From Dehalococcoidia bacterium (GTDB taxonomy: Bacteria > Chloroflexota > Dehalococcoidia > UBA2979): a DNA stretch of 64,000 nucleotides. Numbering within the stretch: position 1 is the stretch's first letter; each line of letters starts with the position of its first letter. This document shows, in pieces, positions 44,453-53,337 of the stretch. Under the pieces are notes generated by a model, which made no database searches, was not told the origin of the DNA, and was given only the letters and a program-made list of their open reading frames with translations. Where the stretch lies: NCBI GenBank assembly GCA_003599735.1, contig QZJI01000016.1, positions 1,923 to 65,922 of the forward strand, read 5' to 3'. The translations under genes and the position numbers were made by a program.

Positions 44453-45808
44453 TTACGAGCCCGTGACGGCTTTCACAGCCGCCGCCGCGGAGGCAACCAT
44501 CTGGTCAACTTCAGCACCGTTGATGCTCAGTGGCGGGGCAAAGAGCACGTTGTCCCCCACCACCCGAGTGATGAGTGAGCCCTGCTCGCGCATGTGCCGC
44601 TGCACCTTGATCGCCATCGTTTCGGATGCGTCATATGGCGTATTCGCAGCGGCGTCTCGCATCAGCGTGAAGCCGGCGATGAGACCCAGCCAGCGGAGGT
44701 TCGCGACGTGCGGGTGCTTGCCCAGAGCGGCCTGCAGCCCCTCGCCCAACCGCTCGCCCATCTTCGTCGCGTTCTCCAGCAAGCCCTCGTCCTCGAAAAT
44801 CTGCAGGTTCCGCAGGCCGACGGCAGCCGCCGTGGGATGGGCCGAGTTCGTGTAGGCGTGCATGAACCGCGCGTCGGGTGGCAGGTCGTGTAGCGCCTCG
44901 CTGATCTCGGTGGAGACGATGAACGCGCCCATCGGGATGTAGCCGGAGGTGATCGCCTTCGCGATCGAGACGATGTCCGGGTTCACGCCCCATCGCTGCA
45001 GGGCGAACCAGTACCCGGTCCGCCCGAAGCCCGTGATCACCTCGTCTGCGATGAACAAGACGTCGTACCGGTCACAGATCTCGCGCACCTTCGCGAAGTA
45101 GTCGGGGGCTGGCGTCCACACCCCACCCGCGCCCTTCACCGGCTCCGCAATGAACGCGGCCACGGTGTCCGCACCTTCACGCTTGATCGCCTCCTCCAGC
45201 CAGTGCGCGCACTCCCCGTCCGTGTTCGGGGTGCAGTCGCACTCGAGGTTGTCCGGCTTCTTCGTGTGGACGACCTCGGGGACCAGCGGCCCGAAGTACT
45301 TCCAGAACACCGGCAGCCCGGTCATCGAGGATGCCGCGAGGGTGCCGCCGTGGTACGAGCGTTCCCGCGCGATGATCTTCACTTTGGTCGGGCGGCCTTT
45401 CAGGTTCCAGTAGAACCGTGCCGTCTTGAACGCACCCTCGTTTGACTCGGACCCGGAGTTTGTGAAGAAGACCGCCGCCATGTTGTCGTAGCAGAGGTCA
45501 ATGACCTTCGAGGCGAGTTTGATCGCCGGGACGTTCGAGAACCCTACATAGTTGTTGGTGAATGCGACCTTCCGCATCTGCTCCGCCGCCGCGTCCGCCA
45601 GTTCGCCTCGTCCGTGGCCGACGGCGACGTTCCAGAGCGACGAGAGGCCATCGATATACCGGCGGCCCTGCAGGTCGGTCAGCCAGACCCCCTCGCCGTG
45701 GTCGAAGATCACCGGCTGCTGGTGGTCGGGGGCGTAGTACTGCGGGTGGAGGAGGTGCGCGAGGTCCTCGCGCGTAAGGTCGGTGTACGTCTGGGGGTCG
45801 ATGGCCAC
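44453..45808 (-). CDS. class III (omega-type) PLP aminotransferase
   Basis: GLSSLWNVAVGHGR, TNSGSESNE and FIADEVITGFGRTG. GTG 45808 follows an AAGGAG SD with 6-nt spacing. The 110-codon extension in the track overlaps murE and was rejected. Confidence 0.88.
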   Translation of the reverse strand: MAIDPQTYTDLTREDLAHLLHPQYYAPDHQQPVIFDHGEGVWLTDLQGRRYIDGLSSLWNVAVGHGRGELADAAAEQMRKVAFTNNYVGFSNVPAIKLASKVIDLCYDNMAAVFFTNSGSESNEGAFKTARFYWNLKGRPTKVKIIARERSYHGGTLAASSMTGLPVFWKYFGPLVPEVVHTKKPDNLECDCTPNTDGECAHWLEEAIKREGADTVAAFIAEPVKGAGGVWTPAPDYFAKVREICDRYDVLFIADEVITGFGRTGYWFALQRWGVNPDIVSIAKAITSGYIPMGAFIVSTEISEALHDLPPDARFMHAYTNSAHPTAAAVGLRNLQIFEDEGLLENATKMGERLGEGLQAALGKHPHVANLRWLGLIAGFTLMRDAAANTPYDASETMAIKVQRHMREQGSLITRVVGDNVLFAPPLSINGAEVDQMVASAAAAVKAVTGS

Positions 45809-45845
45809 GGACGGCTCCTTCGAGAAGACGGGGCGAGTCCGGAGT

Positions 45846-47387
45846 CTACCCGAACCGCCGCGCAATCTCCTCGCGTGCCACGACGCGGTCGTCGAACGGC
45901 ACCGCGCCGCTGGCGTACTCAATCGTCGTCTCGTGCCCCTTGCCGGCGATGAGCACGAGGTCGCCCGGCTGTGCGATCTCAAGCGCGCGCGCGATGGCGG
46001 CTCGGCGGTCGGGGATGCGTTCGAATCGCTCGCCTTCAATCGCTCCGGCGGCCCGCATCGCCTGGGCGATGTCGTCGATGATCGCCTCGGACGCCTCCGA
46101 GCGTGGATCTTCGTCGGCGAGGATTGTGAAGTCGACACTGGCGGCGGCGGCCGCTCCCATTCCGGTGCGACGCTCCTTGCCGCGCTCCCCAGCGCAGCCG
46201 AAGACCGCGATCAGCCGCCCGTTGGTCACCTCGCGGAGCGTCTCCGCCGCATGGTGGAGCGCCTCTCCCGTATGCGCGTAGTCGACAACCACCGGGAATG
46301 GCGCACCCGTAATCCGTTCCATGCGACCGGGTACCCCTGCGCAGGCGGCGACGCCCATCGCCGCCGCCCCGACGTCGAGGCCGATGGCGCTGGCACAGGT
46401 GATCGCAGCGGCTGCATTCGCCACGTTGAACTCGCCGGGGAGGCGCACGCTGCACTCGACCGACTCGTCCTCTTCGTCGGCGGTCAGTGCGAAGGTGGAG
46501 CCGTCGTCCCACAACATCACGTCGTCCACGGTGACGTCGGCCTCGTCGTCGTGCAGCGCATAGGTGACCACGCGCGCCTTCGTCCGGCTGGCAAAATAGC
46601 GCCACGCCGGGTCGTCCTGGTTCAGGACCGCGACCCCCGGCGAGTGGCCGTGCCCGCCGGCTGGCAACATCTCAAAGAGCCGCCCCTTCGCTTTTCGGTA
46701 CGCCTCGACGGTGCCGTGGAAGTCGAGGTGGTCCGGCGTCAGGTTCGTGAAGATCGCGGCGTGGAATTCGCATGCGTCCACCCGGTGCAGGTCGAGTCCG
46801 ATCGAGGTCGCCTCGATCACCGCGTGCGTGCAGCCGGCATCGACCATTTCGGCAAGCAGCTGCTGCACGAATGGCGCCTCCTGCGAGGTGAGCCGCGTGG
46901 GGTTCGGGATCGTCCGGCCGGCGATCCGGCACTCGATGGTGGTGAGCAGCCCGGCCTTCAGCCCGGCACCTTCGAGGGCCGCCACCATGAAGAAGCACGT
47001 CGTTGACTTTCCATCCGTCCCGGTCACGCCGATAACGGTCAGCTTCTTCGCCGGGTAGTCCTCGTGTGCCGCGCTGACCTGCGCCATCGTTGCCCGCGGG
47101 TTCGGGACCCCGACCACCGGCACGCCGAGGCCGCCCATCTCTGCCTCGCGCCCCGCGACGCAGACAAGCGCGACCGCGCCGCGCTCGACAGCGGCCCGCG
47201 CGAACGCGTGCCCGTCCGCCCGCTCGCCTGGCATGCAGATGAAGAGGTCGCCCGCCTCCACCTGGCGGGAGTCAAACTGGACCGCCCGGACAGCAGGTGG
47301 GAGCGCTACGCGCACCTCGTCGGGGACGGAGGTCGGCAGGCCGCGTCGCCAGTCGCCACGTGCGAGATTCGAGGGTGGCTGGGTCAT
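45846..47387 (-). CDS. murE: UDP-N-acetylmuramoyl-L-alanyl-D-glutamate--2,6-diaminopimelate ligase
   Basis: Mur ligase P-loop GVTGTDGKSTT. DNPR-like region ILADEDPRSE consistent with meso-DAP-adding MurE. Confidence 0.92.
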   Translation of the reverse strand: MTQPPSNLARGDWRRGLPTSVPDEVRVALPPAVRAVQFDSRQVEAGDLFICMPGERADGHAFARAAVERGAVALVCVAGREAEMGGLGVPVVGVPNPRATMAQVSAAHEDYPAKKLTVIGVTGTDGKSTTCFFMVAALEGAGLKAGLLTTIECRIAGRTIPNPTRLTSQEAPFVQQLLAEMVDAGCTHAVIEATSIGLDLHRVDACEFHAAIFTNLTPDHLDFHGTVEAYRKAKGRLFEMLPAGGHGHSPGVAVLNQDDPAWRYFASRTKARVVTYALHDDEADVTVDDVMLWDDGSTFALTADEEDESVECSVRLPGEFNVANAAAAITCASAIGLDVGAAAMGVAACAGVPGRMERITGAPFPVVVDYAHTGEALHHAAETLREVTNGRLIAVFGCAGERGKERRTGMGAAAAASVDFTILADEDPRSEASEAIIDDIAQAMRAAGAIEGERFERIPDRRAAIARALEIAQPGDLVLIAGKGHETTIEYASGAVPFDDRVVAREEIARRFG

Positions 47388-47715
47388 GCTCAGAATCCTA
47401 CCGCCTCAGTGCCGATGCGCCTCCGAGAGGTGCTGTATATTCTTCAGCGGCTCACGAAATAGAAGTAATGGTACGGGGCCCGGAAGGAGCATCCATGGCG
47501 GTGGTGTTGGCCTGCTGAACTCAAGGCCGCGATCGATTCGTCTCGATCAGACGGCTTCCCGATCCTCTGGGCGTCTGTCGTACGCGTCATTCAGCGCGAC
47601 CAGATGATTGCCTCTCGCGACTAGTCGAGTGCATCGGAGGGCCTCGCGGCTTCGCACCGTCCCCCTCCCGCCTTTACGCTTGAACCACACACACGCTCGA
47701 TCGAGGTGAGCTCGT

Positions 47716-48159
47716 ATGGCAGTCGAATTGACCGAAGAATTCCAGACGGCGATCAATAACGCCTTCACGGACGGCTGCCCGATCATCTGGACCAGTGCGG
47801 GCGCCAACGGCCAGCCGAGTCTCGCCTTCTTCGGAACGACCCAGGCCTACTCCAGCCACGAGATCGCGATCTGGATGCGCACCACCAACCGGGGTTTTCT
47901 CCAGCGCATCGAGGAGAATCCGCAGGTCGCGATGATGTACCGCAACGCCCCGGCCCGCCTGACCTTCCAGGTCCACGGCGAGGCCCGTCGCGTCGACGAC
48001 CCGGCCGTGAAGAAGCACGTTTACGAGCACGCTGCCGAAGCCGAGCGGAAGGCCGACCCGGATCGCCTCGGCACTGCCGTGATTGTCGAGGTCGTCCGCG
48101 TGATCCAGCGTGGACAGGTGATCATGGCCCGCGACGGCGACACTGGTACCGCCGAGTAG
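47716..48159 (+). CDS. pyridoxamine 5'-phosphate oxidase family (FMN/F420-binding split-barrel) protein
   Basis: 147 aa with a PNPOx-like pattern (G.P......F........I..W.........I..NP.V..M). GAGGTGA SD. Confidence 0.75.
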   Translation: MAVELTEEFQTAINNAFTDGCPIIWTSAGANGQPSLAFFGTTQAYSSHEIAIWMRTTNRGFLQRIEENPQVAMMYRNAPARLTFQVHGEARRVDDPAVKKHVYEHAAEAERKADPDRLGTAVIVEVVRVIQRGQVIMARDGDTGTAE

Positions 48160-48329
48160 GCGGAGCCGCCTCCTGACCGGCCGTACGTCAGCTGGAGGAT
48201 AGAGCGGCCGAGCGTCCCCCGGAGCAGACCAGGGGCTGGTGCTTCGCGAGTGGCTAACAATCTGCTATAACCCTCTCCGCAGCCGTCCGCTGGCGCGCGC
48301 GGCCATCAGCGATCGGAGGGGGCTTTCGC

Positions 48330-49541
48330 ATGAACGCACTTGAAGGCATTCGCGTCCTCGACCTGACGACAGGCGTCGCCGGACCGAACTGCACGAAGCT
48401 TCTCGCTGATTTCGGCGCGGACGTCATCAAGGTTGAACCCGCGGGCGGCGACCCCACCCGATCCATCCCCCCTTTTGCGGGCGACGAGCCGGGGCCGGAA
48501 CGGTCGCTACTTTTCCTGCATCTCAACACTAATAAGCGCTCCGTGACGGTGGACCCCGCCACCAGCGCAGGCCGCGATTTGCTTCACCGTCTGGCGTCAA
48601 CTGCGCAAATTGTTGTTGAGGATGGAGCGCCGGGCAGTCTTGCGGCGGTAGGGCTCGACTACAGATCGCTGTCCGCAGGCCGTCCAGACTTGGTGTACGT
48701 CTCCATCACGCCGTGGGGCCAGACGGGACCGTACGCCGAGGCAAACCTCCGCGCGTCCGAGATCATCTACCAAGGGATGGGCGGGCCCGCTCTCCAGACC
48801 GGATCCGCCGCCCGCGAACCGCTCAAACTCGCCGGTCAACTGGCTCAGATGCAGGCGGGTGCCGTCGCCGCATATTCCGCTGTCATCGCGCTGTTCCGCG
48901 TCGAAGGGGGCGGGGAGGGCGACCACGTCGACATCTCCATTTACCAGACGCAAGCGGGCACGCGAGATCGCCGGACGATCAGCCTCACGTCCTACTCCTA
49001 CACCGGGGCGTCAGCGAAACGGACACTAGGCGCTGGCATTTCGCTAGCCGGCGGCGTCAGGCCCACGGCCGACGGGTATATCAACCTGCTCGCCACCGGC
49101 CGGGCCCGGATGGACCAGTTCGTCCAGATGATTGGTCGGGACGACCTCGTGGGTGACCCGCGCCTGGTGCAGCAGCCGACCACGCTCGATCCGGCGTTCG
49201 TGGAGGAAGTATCTGCCTCCTACCTCACATGGCTCCTCCAGCAGGACAAGCGCGAGGCGGTGGCGGAGGCCCAGCGGCGCGGTCTGCTGGCGGGAGTCGT
49301 CAACACGCCCGCCGACCTCGTCACCGACCCGCATTACCGCGAGCGCGGCGTATGGGATTCCATTGAGCATCCGGTCGCAGGCACATTCGAGTACCCGGGG
49401 CGGCCGTTCATCATGTCAGACACGCCACGCCCGGCGCCGCGCCGCGCGCCGCTGCTGGGCGAGCACAACCAAGAGATCCTGGGCGAACTCGGGGTTGCGG
49501 CGGCGGAGTTACCTCAGCTCCGGGCCCAGGGCGTCATCTAG
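48330..49541 (+). CDS. family III CoA-transferase (CaiB/BaiF type), subunit 1
   Basis: N-terminal LEGIRVLDLTTGVAGPNCTKLLADFGADVIKVEP, characteristic of family III. Confidence 0.88.
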   Translation: MNALEGIRVLDLTTGVAGPNCTKLLADFGADVIKVEPAGGDPTRSIPPFAGDEPGPERSLLFLHLNTNKRSVTVDPATSAGRDLLHRLASTAQIVVEDGAPGSLAAVGLDYRSLSAGRPDLVYVSITPWGQTGPYAEANLRASEIIYQGMGGPALQTGSAAREPLKLAGQLAQMQAGAVAAYSAVIALFRVEGGGEGDHVDISIYQTQAGTRDRRTISLTSYSYTGASAKRTLGAGISLAGGVRPTADGYINLLATGRARMDQFVQMIGRDDLVGDPRLVQQPTTLDPAFVEEVSASYLTWLLQQDKREAVAEAQRRGLLAGVVNTPADLVTDPHYRERGVWDSIEHPVAGTFEYPGRPFIMSDTPRPAPRRAPLLGEHNQEILGELGVAAAELPQLRAQGVI

Positions 49542-49560
49542 GAAGAGGCGGGAGAATCGT

Positions 49561-50901
49561 ATGGCCTCACTACCACTTGAAGGCATCCGAGTCGCGGACA
49601 TGACCGTGGTCTGGGCAGGGCCATACGTGACCCAGTTGCTAGCCGAATGGGGCGCCGAGGTGATCCGCGTGGAGCCACGTACGCGAATCCAGCCGCTGAC
49701 CCGAGGGGCAGACATGCAACCGCCCCCAGAGGCCGCGCTTCGGCAGCTCGCTCAGATGGGGATGACCCTCTTCGCGTTCCCGGACTTCAAATCCGGGAAC
49801 GATCCGTGGAACCGGAGTCCGGGGTTCAACTCGCACGCGCGCAATAAGCGATCGATGACCGCGGACGTCACCACGCCGGAAGGGCGCGAAACGTTCCTTC
49901 GGCTGATCGAGAAGTGCGATGTCATGGTCGAAAACAACGTTCCGGAGACGATCGAGAAGGCGAACCTGACCTACGACGTCCTGAAGGAACGCAACCCCAA
50001 CCTGATCATGCTGCGGATGCCGGCGTTCGGGCTCTCCGGGCCCTATAAGAACTACCGCGCGCTCGGCACTCACATCGAGGGCATGATCGGCCACCACTAC
50101 CTCCGTTCCTATCCGGATGAGACGCCGGAGGCCGCGGGCGATGTCTATACCGGCGACGCTGTGGCCGGCGTGATGGGGGCGTTCAGCGTGGCCATGGCGT
50201 TGCGCGTCCGCAGACGCACCGGCCGTGGCCAGATGATCGAACTCTCGCAGGCGGAGAACTTCCTGCCGATCCTCGGGGATTTCATCCTCGACTGGTCCGT
50301 CAACAACCGTGACGCTGGACCGCAAGGGAACCAGCACCGGTCGCACGCACCGCATGGCTTCTACCCGTGCGTGGGGGACGACCGATGGATCGGTATCGAC
50401 TGCGACTCCGACGAGGCATGGCAGGCGCTCTGCCGCATCCTCGGCGCGCCCGGGCTTGCGGTGGACGAGCGATTCAAGACGGAGTCGGACCGCTTCCAGC
50501 ACCGCGTCCTACTCGACCGCGAGATTGCTAACCACACACGTCAGCACTCGGATGCCGACCTCTTCCAGTCCCTGCAAGCCGCTGGTGTGATCGCTGGGCC
50601 GGTGCAGACGGACGGGGACGCGTTTGCGTGCCCGCAACTCAACGCGCGCGGCTTCTTCGAGGATCTCCCGGATTCGGACTTCGGCACACGCCGCTACCCG
50701 GGGCTCGTGTTCAGCATGGAGAACACGCCCAACCGGCTCCGGTGGGCCGCCCCGAAGCTTGGTCAGGACAACGAATACGTGTACCGAGAAATCCTGGGCT
50801 ACTCCGACGAGGAATATCGGCGGGCTCAGGAGAGCGGCCAGGTGGGCTTGGGCTACGCGCCTGGGGTCGTCCCCTGGCTGCCTGCGGAGAAATCCGAATA
50901 G
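49561..50901 (+). CDS. family III CoA-transferase (CaiB/BaiF type), subunit 2
   Basis: LEGIRVADMTVVWAGPYVTQLLAEWGAEVIRVEP. ATG 49561 lies 19 nt after the first transferase. The track extension from 49132 is out of context. Confidence 0.88.
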   Translation: MASLPLEGIRVADMTVVWAGPYVTQLLAEWGAEVIRVEPRTRIQPLTRGADMQPPPEAALRQLAQMGMTLFAFPDFKSGNDPWNRSPGFNSHARNKRSMTADVTTPEGRETFLRLIEKCDVMVENNVPETIEKANLTYDVLKERNPNLIMLRMPAFGLSGPYKNYRALGTHIEGMIGHHYLRSYPDETPEAAGDVYTGDAVAGVMGAFSVAMALRVRRRTGRGQMIELSQAENFLPILGDFILDWSVNNRDAGPQGNQHRSHAPHGFYPCVGDDRWIGIDCDSDEAWQALCRILGAPGLAVDERFKTESDRFQHRVLLDREIANHTRQHSDADLFQSLQAAGVIAGPVQTDGDAFACPQLNARGFFEDLPDSDFGTRRYPGLVFSMENTPNRLRWAAPKLGQDNEYVYREILGYSDEEYRRAQESGQVGLGYAPGVVPWLPAEKSE

Positions 50902-50913
50902 AGGAGGCAGTCG

Positions 50914-52137
50914 ATGGACTGGAGCGATTCCCCGGAGCAGAAGGCATTCAGGGAGGACGTGAGTTCCTTCATCCAGCAGCGGTTGCCCGAACGGTATCGC
51001 GACCCCGACCGGGGGACGGGCCTGTTCGAGGGCGGCTGGCAAAGCGACCGTAAGTCACCCGATCCAGACGTGCAGTCCGCAGCGCAGATGTGGGCCGCTG
51101 CGCTTGCCGAGCGAGGCTGGATCGCTCCGCACTGGCCGAAGCAGTTCGGTGGCGCCGGCCTGACCGTCGTCGAGCAATTCATCTTCAACCACGAGATGGC
51201 GAAAGCCGGTGCGCCATCCGTCGGCGGCATGGGCGTCTCGATGCTCGGACCGACATTGATCGTCCATGGCAGCCCGGAGCAGAAGGCGGAGCACCTGCCG
51301 AAGATTCTCTCGGGTGAGGTCGCCTGGGCAGAGGGCTACTCCGAGCCAGGCGCCGGTTCCGACCTCGCTTCGCTCCAGACCCGTGCCGTACGCGAAGGCG
51401 ACGAGTACGTCATCAACGGGCAGAAGATCTGGACCTCCGGAGCGCAGTACGCGGACTGGCTCTTTGCTCTGGTGCGCACCGACCCGGACGCGCCGAAGCA
51501 CCGCGGGATTTCGTTCCTGGTGATCGACCGCAATACGCCGGGGATATCGATCCGCCCGCTCACGGACATGGGCTGGAACCAGCCGTTCAACGAGACGTTC
51601 TTTGAGGATGTACGTGTCCCCGCGAAGAACCGCGTGGGCGACGAGAATCGTGGGTGGTACGTCGGCATGACGCTGCTGGACTTCGAACGGTCTGGTATCG
51701 GGACGTCGGTCATGGCCCGGCGGCAGCTACAGTCTCTGATCGACTATGCCCGGACTGCCGAGGGACGATCGAAGTCGCAGTTCGTGAATAACCCGGCGCT
51801 TCGGCTTGAGGCAGCGGACCGACACATCGAGATTGAAATCGAAGAGGCGATGTCGCTCCGGATCGTCTCGATTCAGGCTGCCGGCCAGATCCCGAACTAC
51901 GAATCGTCCATGGTCAAGATGTTTGGCTCGGAATCGCTCCAACGGTTGCAGCGACTGGGTACTCGGGCTTTTGGTCTGTACTCCAACATCTGGGATGAGG
52001 ACGACCAGCACGCACCGTTGCGAGCCACGTTCACCCATGGCTATATCTGGTCGATCCCGATGACGATCGCTGGCGGTACTTCGGAGATCCAGCGAAACAT
52101 CATCGCGACACGAGGACTTGGCCTGCCTCGCGGCTAG
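50914..52137 (+). CDS. acyl-CoA dehydrogenase
   Basis: YSEPGAGSDLASL, QKIWTSGA and C-terminal GGTSEIQRNIIA. AGGAGG SD. Confidence 0.9.
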   Translation: MDWSDSPEQKAFREDVSSFIQQRLPERYRDPDRGTGLFEGGWQSDRKSPDPDVQSAAQMWAAALAERGWIAPHWPKQFGGAGLTVVEQFIFNHEMAKAGAPSVGGMGVSMLGPTLIVHGSPEQKAEHLPKILSGEVAWAEGYSEPGAGSDLASLQTRAVREGDEYVINGQKIWTSGAQYADWLFALVRTDPDAPKHRGISFLVIDRNTPGISIRPLTDMGWNQPFNETFFEDVRVPAKNRVGDENRGWYVGMTLLDFERSGIGTSVMARRQLQSLIDYARTAEGRSKSQFVNNPALRLEAADRHIEIEIEEAMSLRIVSIQAAGQIPNYESSMVKMFGSESLQRLQRLGTRAFGLYSNIWDEDDQHAPLRATFTHGYIWSIPMTIAGGTSEIQRNIIATRGLGLPRG

Positions 52138-52267
52138 CAGACGGGCTGCGCGGTTCCATGCTGGTGTCCGGTTCGGTCCATGGCGCCTGGATGGAGCACG
52201 ACTTCGTCGCGCGCCGGTTCATAGCCTCCCAGTGAGTGACCGCGGAGTTGTCTGGCATGCTATGCGG

Positions 52268-52726
52268 CTAGGGATGAAACTCTCCGCTGTCTTGAAGGTT
52301 CTCGGCAGCGTGGGCAAACTCGCGCAAAGCGGCGACTAAACGAGTCACGCTCGCTTCGCCCATCTGCGCGAAGATGCGTTCGAGGTAGGCGTGGCTGGCC
52401 GCCTCGATCGCCCTCACCACCGTGCGGCCTTCCTCAGTGAGGAATACGCGTACCACGCGTCCGTCGTTCGGATCCGGCCGGCGCTCGATGAGGTGGTGAC
52501 GGGCGAGTCGGTCGGTCAACCCGGTCATCGTCGCGGGCCTTACCCGCATTGTAGCCGCGAGCTCACCCGCGGCCTGACCATCCCGATCGAGCAGCAAGAA
52601 CATCACGCGTAGTTGCGGCATCGTCAGGCCGCGTGAATCCCAGAACTGGAGCCGGATCGGGTCGGCGACGTTCAATACCCGGGCGTATGCCCGGATGGCG
52701 CGGTCGACCAGCGCTTGCTCGACCAC
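52268..52726 (-). CDS. MarR family transcriptional regulator
   Basis: Winged-HTH region LTMPQLRVMFLLLDRDGQAAGELAATMRVRPATMTGLTDRLARHHLIERRPDPNDGR. GTG start behind a GGAAGGA SD. Confidence 0.88.
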   Translation of the reverse strand: MVEQALVDRAIRAYARVLNVADPIRLQFWDSRGLTMPQLRVMFLLLDRDGQAAGELAATMRVRPATMTGLTDRLARHHLIERRPDPNDGRVVRVFLTEEGRTVVRAIEAASHAYLERIFAQMGEASVTRLVAALREFAHAAENLQDSGEFHP

Positions 52727-52911
52727 AGAACATCCTTCCGCCCATGGTATTTTCGATAAGCCTAATGAACTAACACAAGAGAAGTCCAGTCCAAATCCAG
52801 ATCAGACGGGGGATGGGAGCAACTTGGCGGAAGTTATCGCGTCAGGTGTTGATGGCTGGACACCTGTTTGGCACACGCGCGGGTGTCCAAACTTGCAGTT
52901 GTTGAGGCGTG

Positions 52912-53295
52912 GGCTGTCAGGGGGCCTGTAAGCCGAATTCTGTACCGCGTTTCGTGCCCAACGAGGCGCGGCGGCGACCATCCATCTAGGACACCGGTTA
53001 CCCGGCGCCTCCAGCAGCCTACCCGGGAGCAGCGCCGGACACGCCCACGCTCCCCTATTTGGCCTTGCTCCGGGTGGGGTTTACCGCGGCCGCCGCGTTA
53101 CCGCGACGCCGGTGCGCTCTTACCGCACCATTTCAACCTTACCGGGCTGTCCGAAGACCCCCGGCGGTATGTTTCTGTGGCACTATCCGTCGGCTCACGC
53201 CGCCCGGCCGTTAGCCGGCACCCTGTCCGGTCGGAGTTCGGACTTTCCTCCCGCCGCCCCGAAGGGCGACCGGCGGCCGCCCGGCCCCCTGACTT
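52912..53295 (-). ncRNA. rnpB: RNase P RNA, bacterial type A
   Basis: The reverse complement contains GGAGGAAAGTCCG (CR-I/P4), GGTAAGGTTGAAATGGTGCGGTAAGAGCGCACC, CCACCCGGAGCAAGGCCAAATAGGGG, CCCGGGTAGGCTGCT, CTAGATGGATGGTCGCC and ACAGAATTCGGCTTACAGG (CR-V). P1 is formed by GTCAGGGGGCC (about 53293) and GGCCCCCTGAC (about 52916). The ends are good to within a few nt. Confidence 0.9.
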
Positions 53296-53337
53296 TTTAA
53301 TCCTAACTCACGCACACTGAGATTCTCAGATCGAGGA

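Noticed and set aside
44453-45808. Idea that the aminotransferase next to birA is BioA (biotin synthesis)
   Set aside because: The substrate-region motifs (GLSSLWNVAVGHGR, FTNNYVGF) look like omega-amino-acid/pyruvate transaminases rather than BioA (which has SSWWAAIHGY-type motifs). Adjacency alone is not enough.
45809-46138. 110-codon N-terminal extension of the aminotransferase overlapping murE
   Set aside because: It overlaps the 3' end of murE in another frame. The AAGGAG SD plus GTG 45808 gives a normal-length class III aminotransferase.
47495-47518. 7-codon mini-ORF (MAVVLAC) with a strong GGAAGGAG SD in the murE/PNPOx divergent spacer, considered as a leader peptide
   Set aside because: It is too short and has no codon-bias theme. 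No alternative hairpins are evident, and the downstream gene has no amino-acid-related function. It may be chance.
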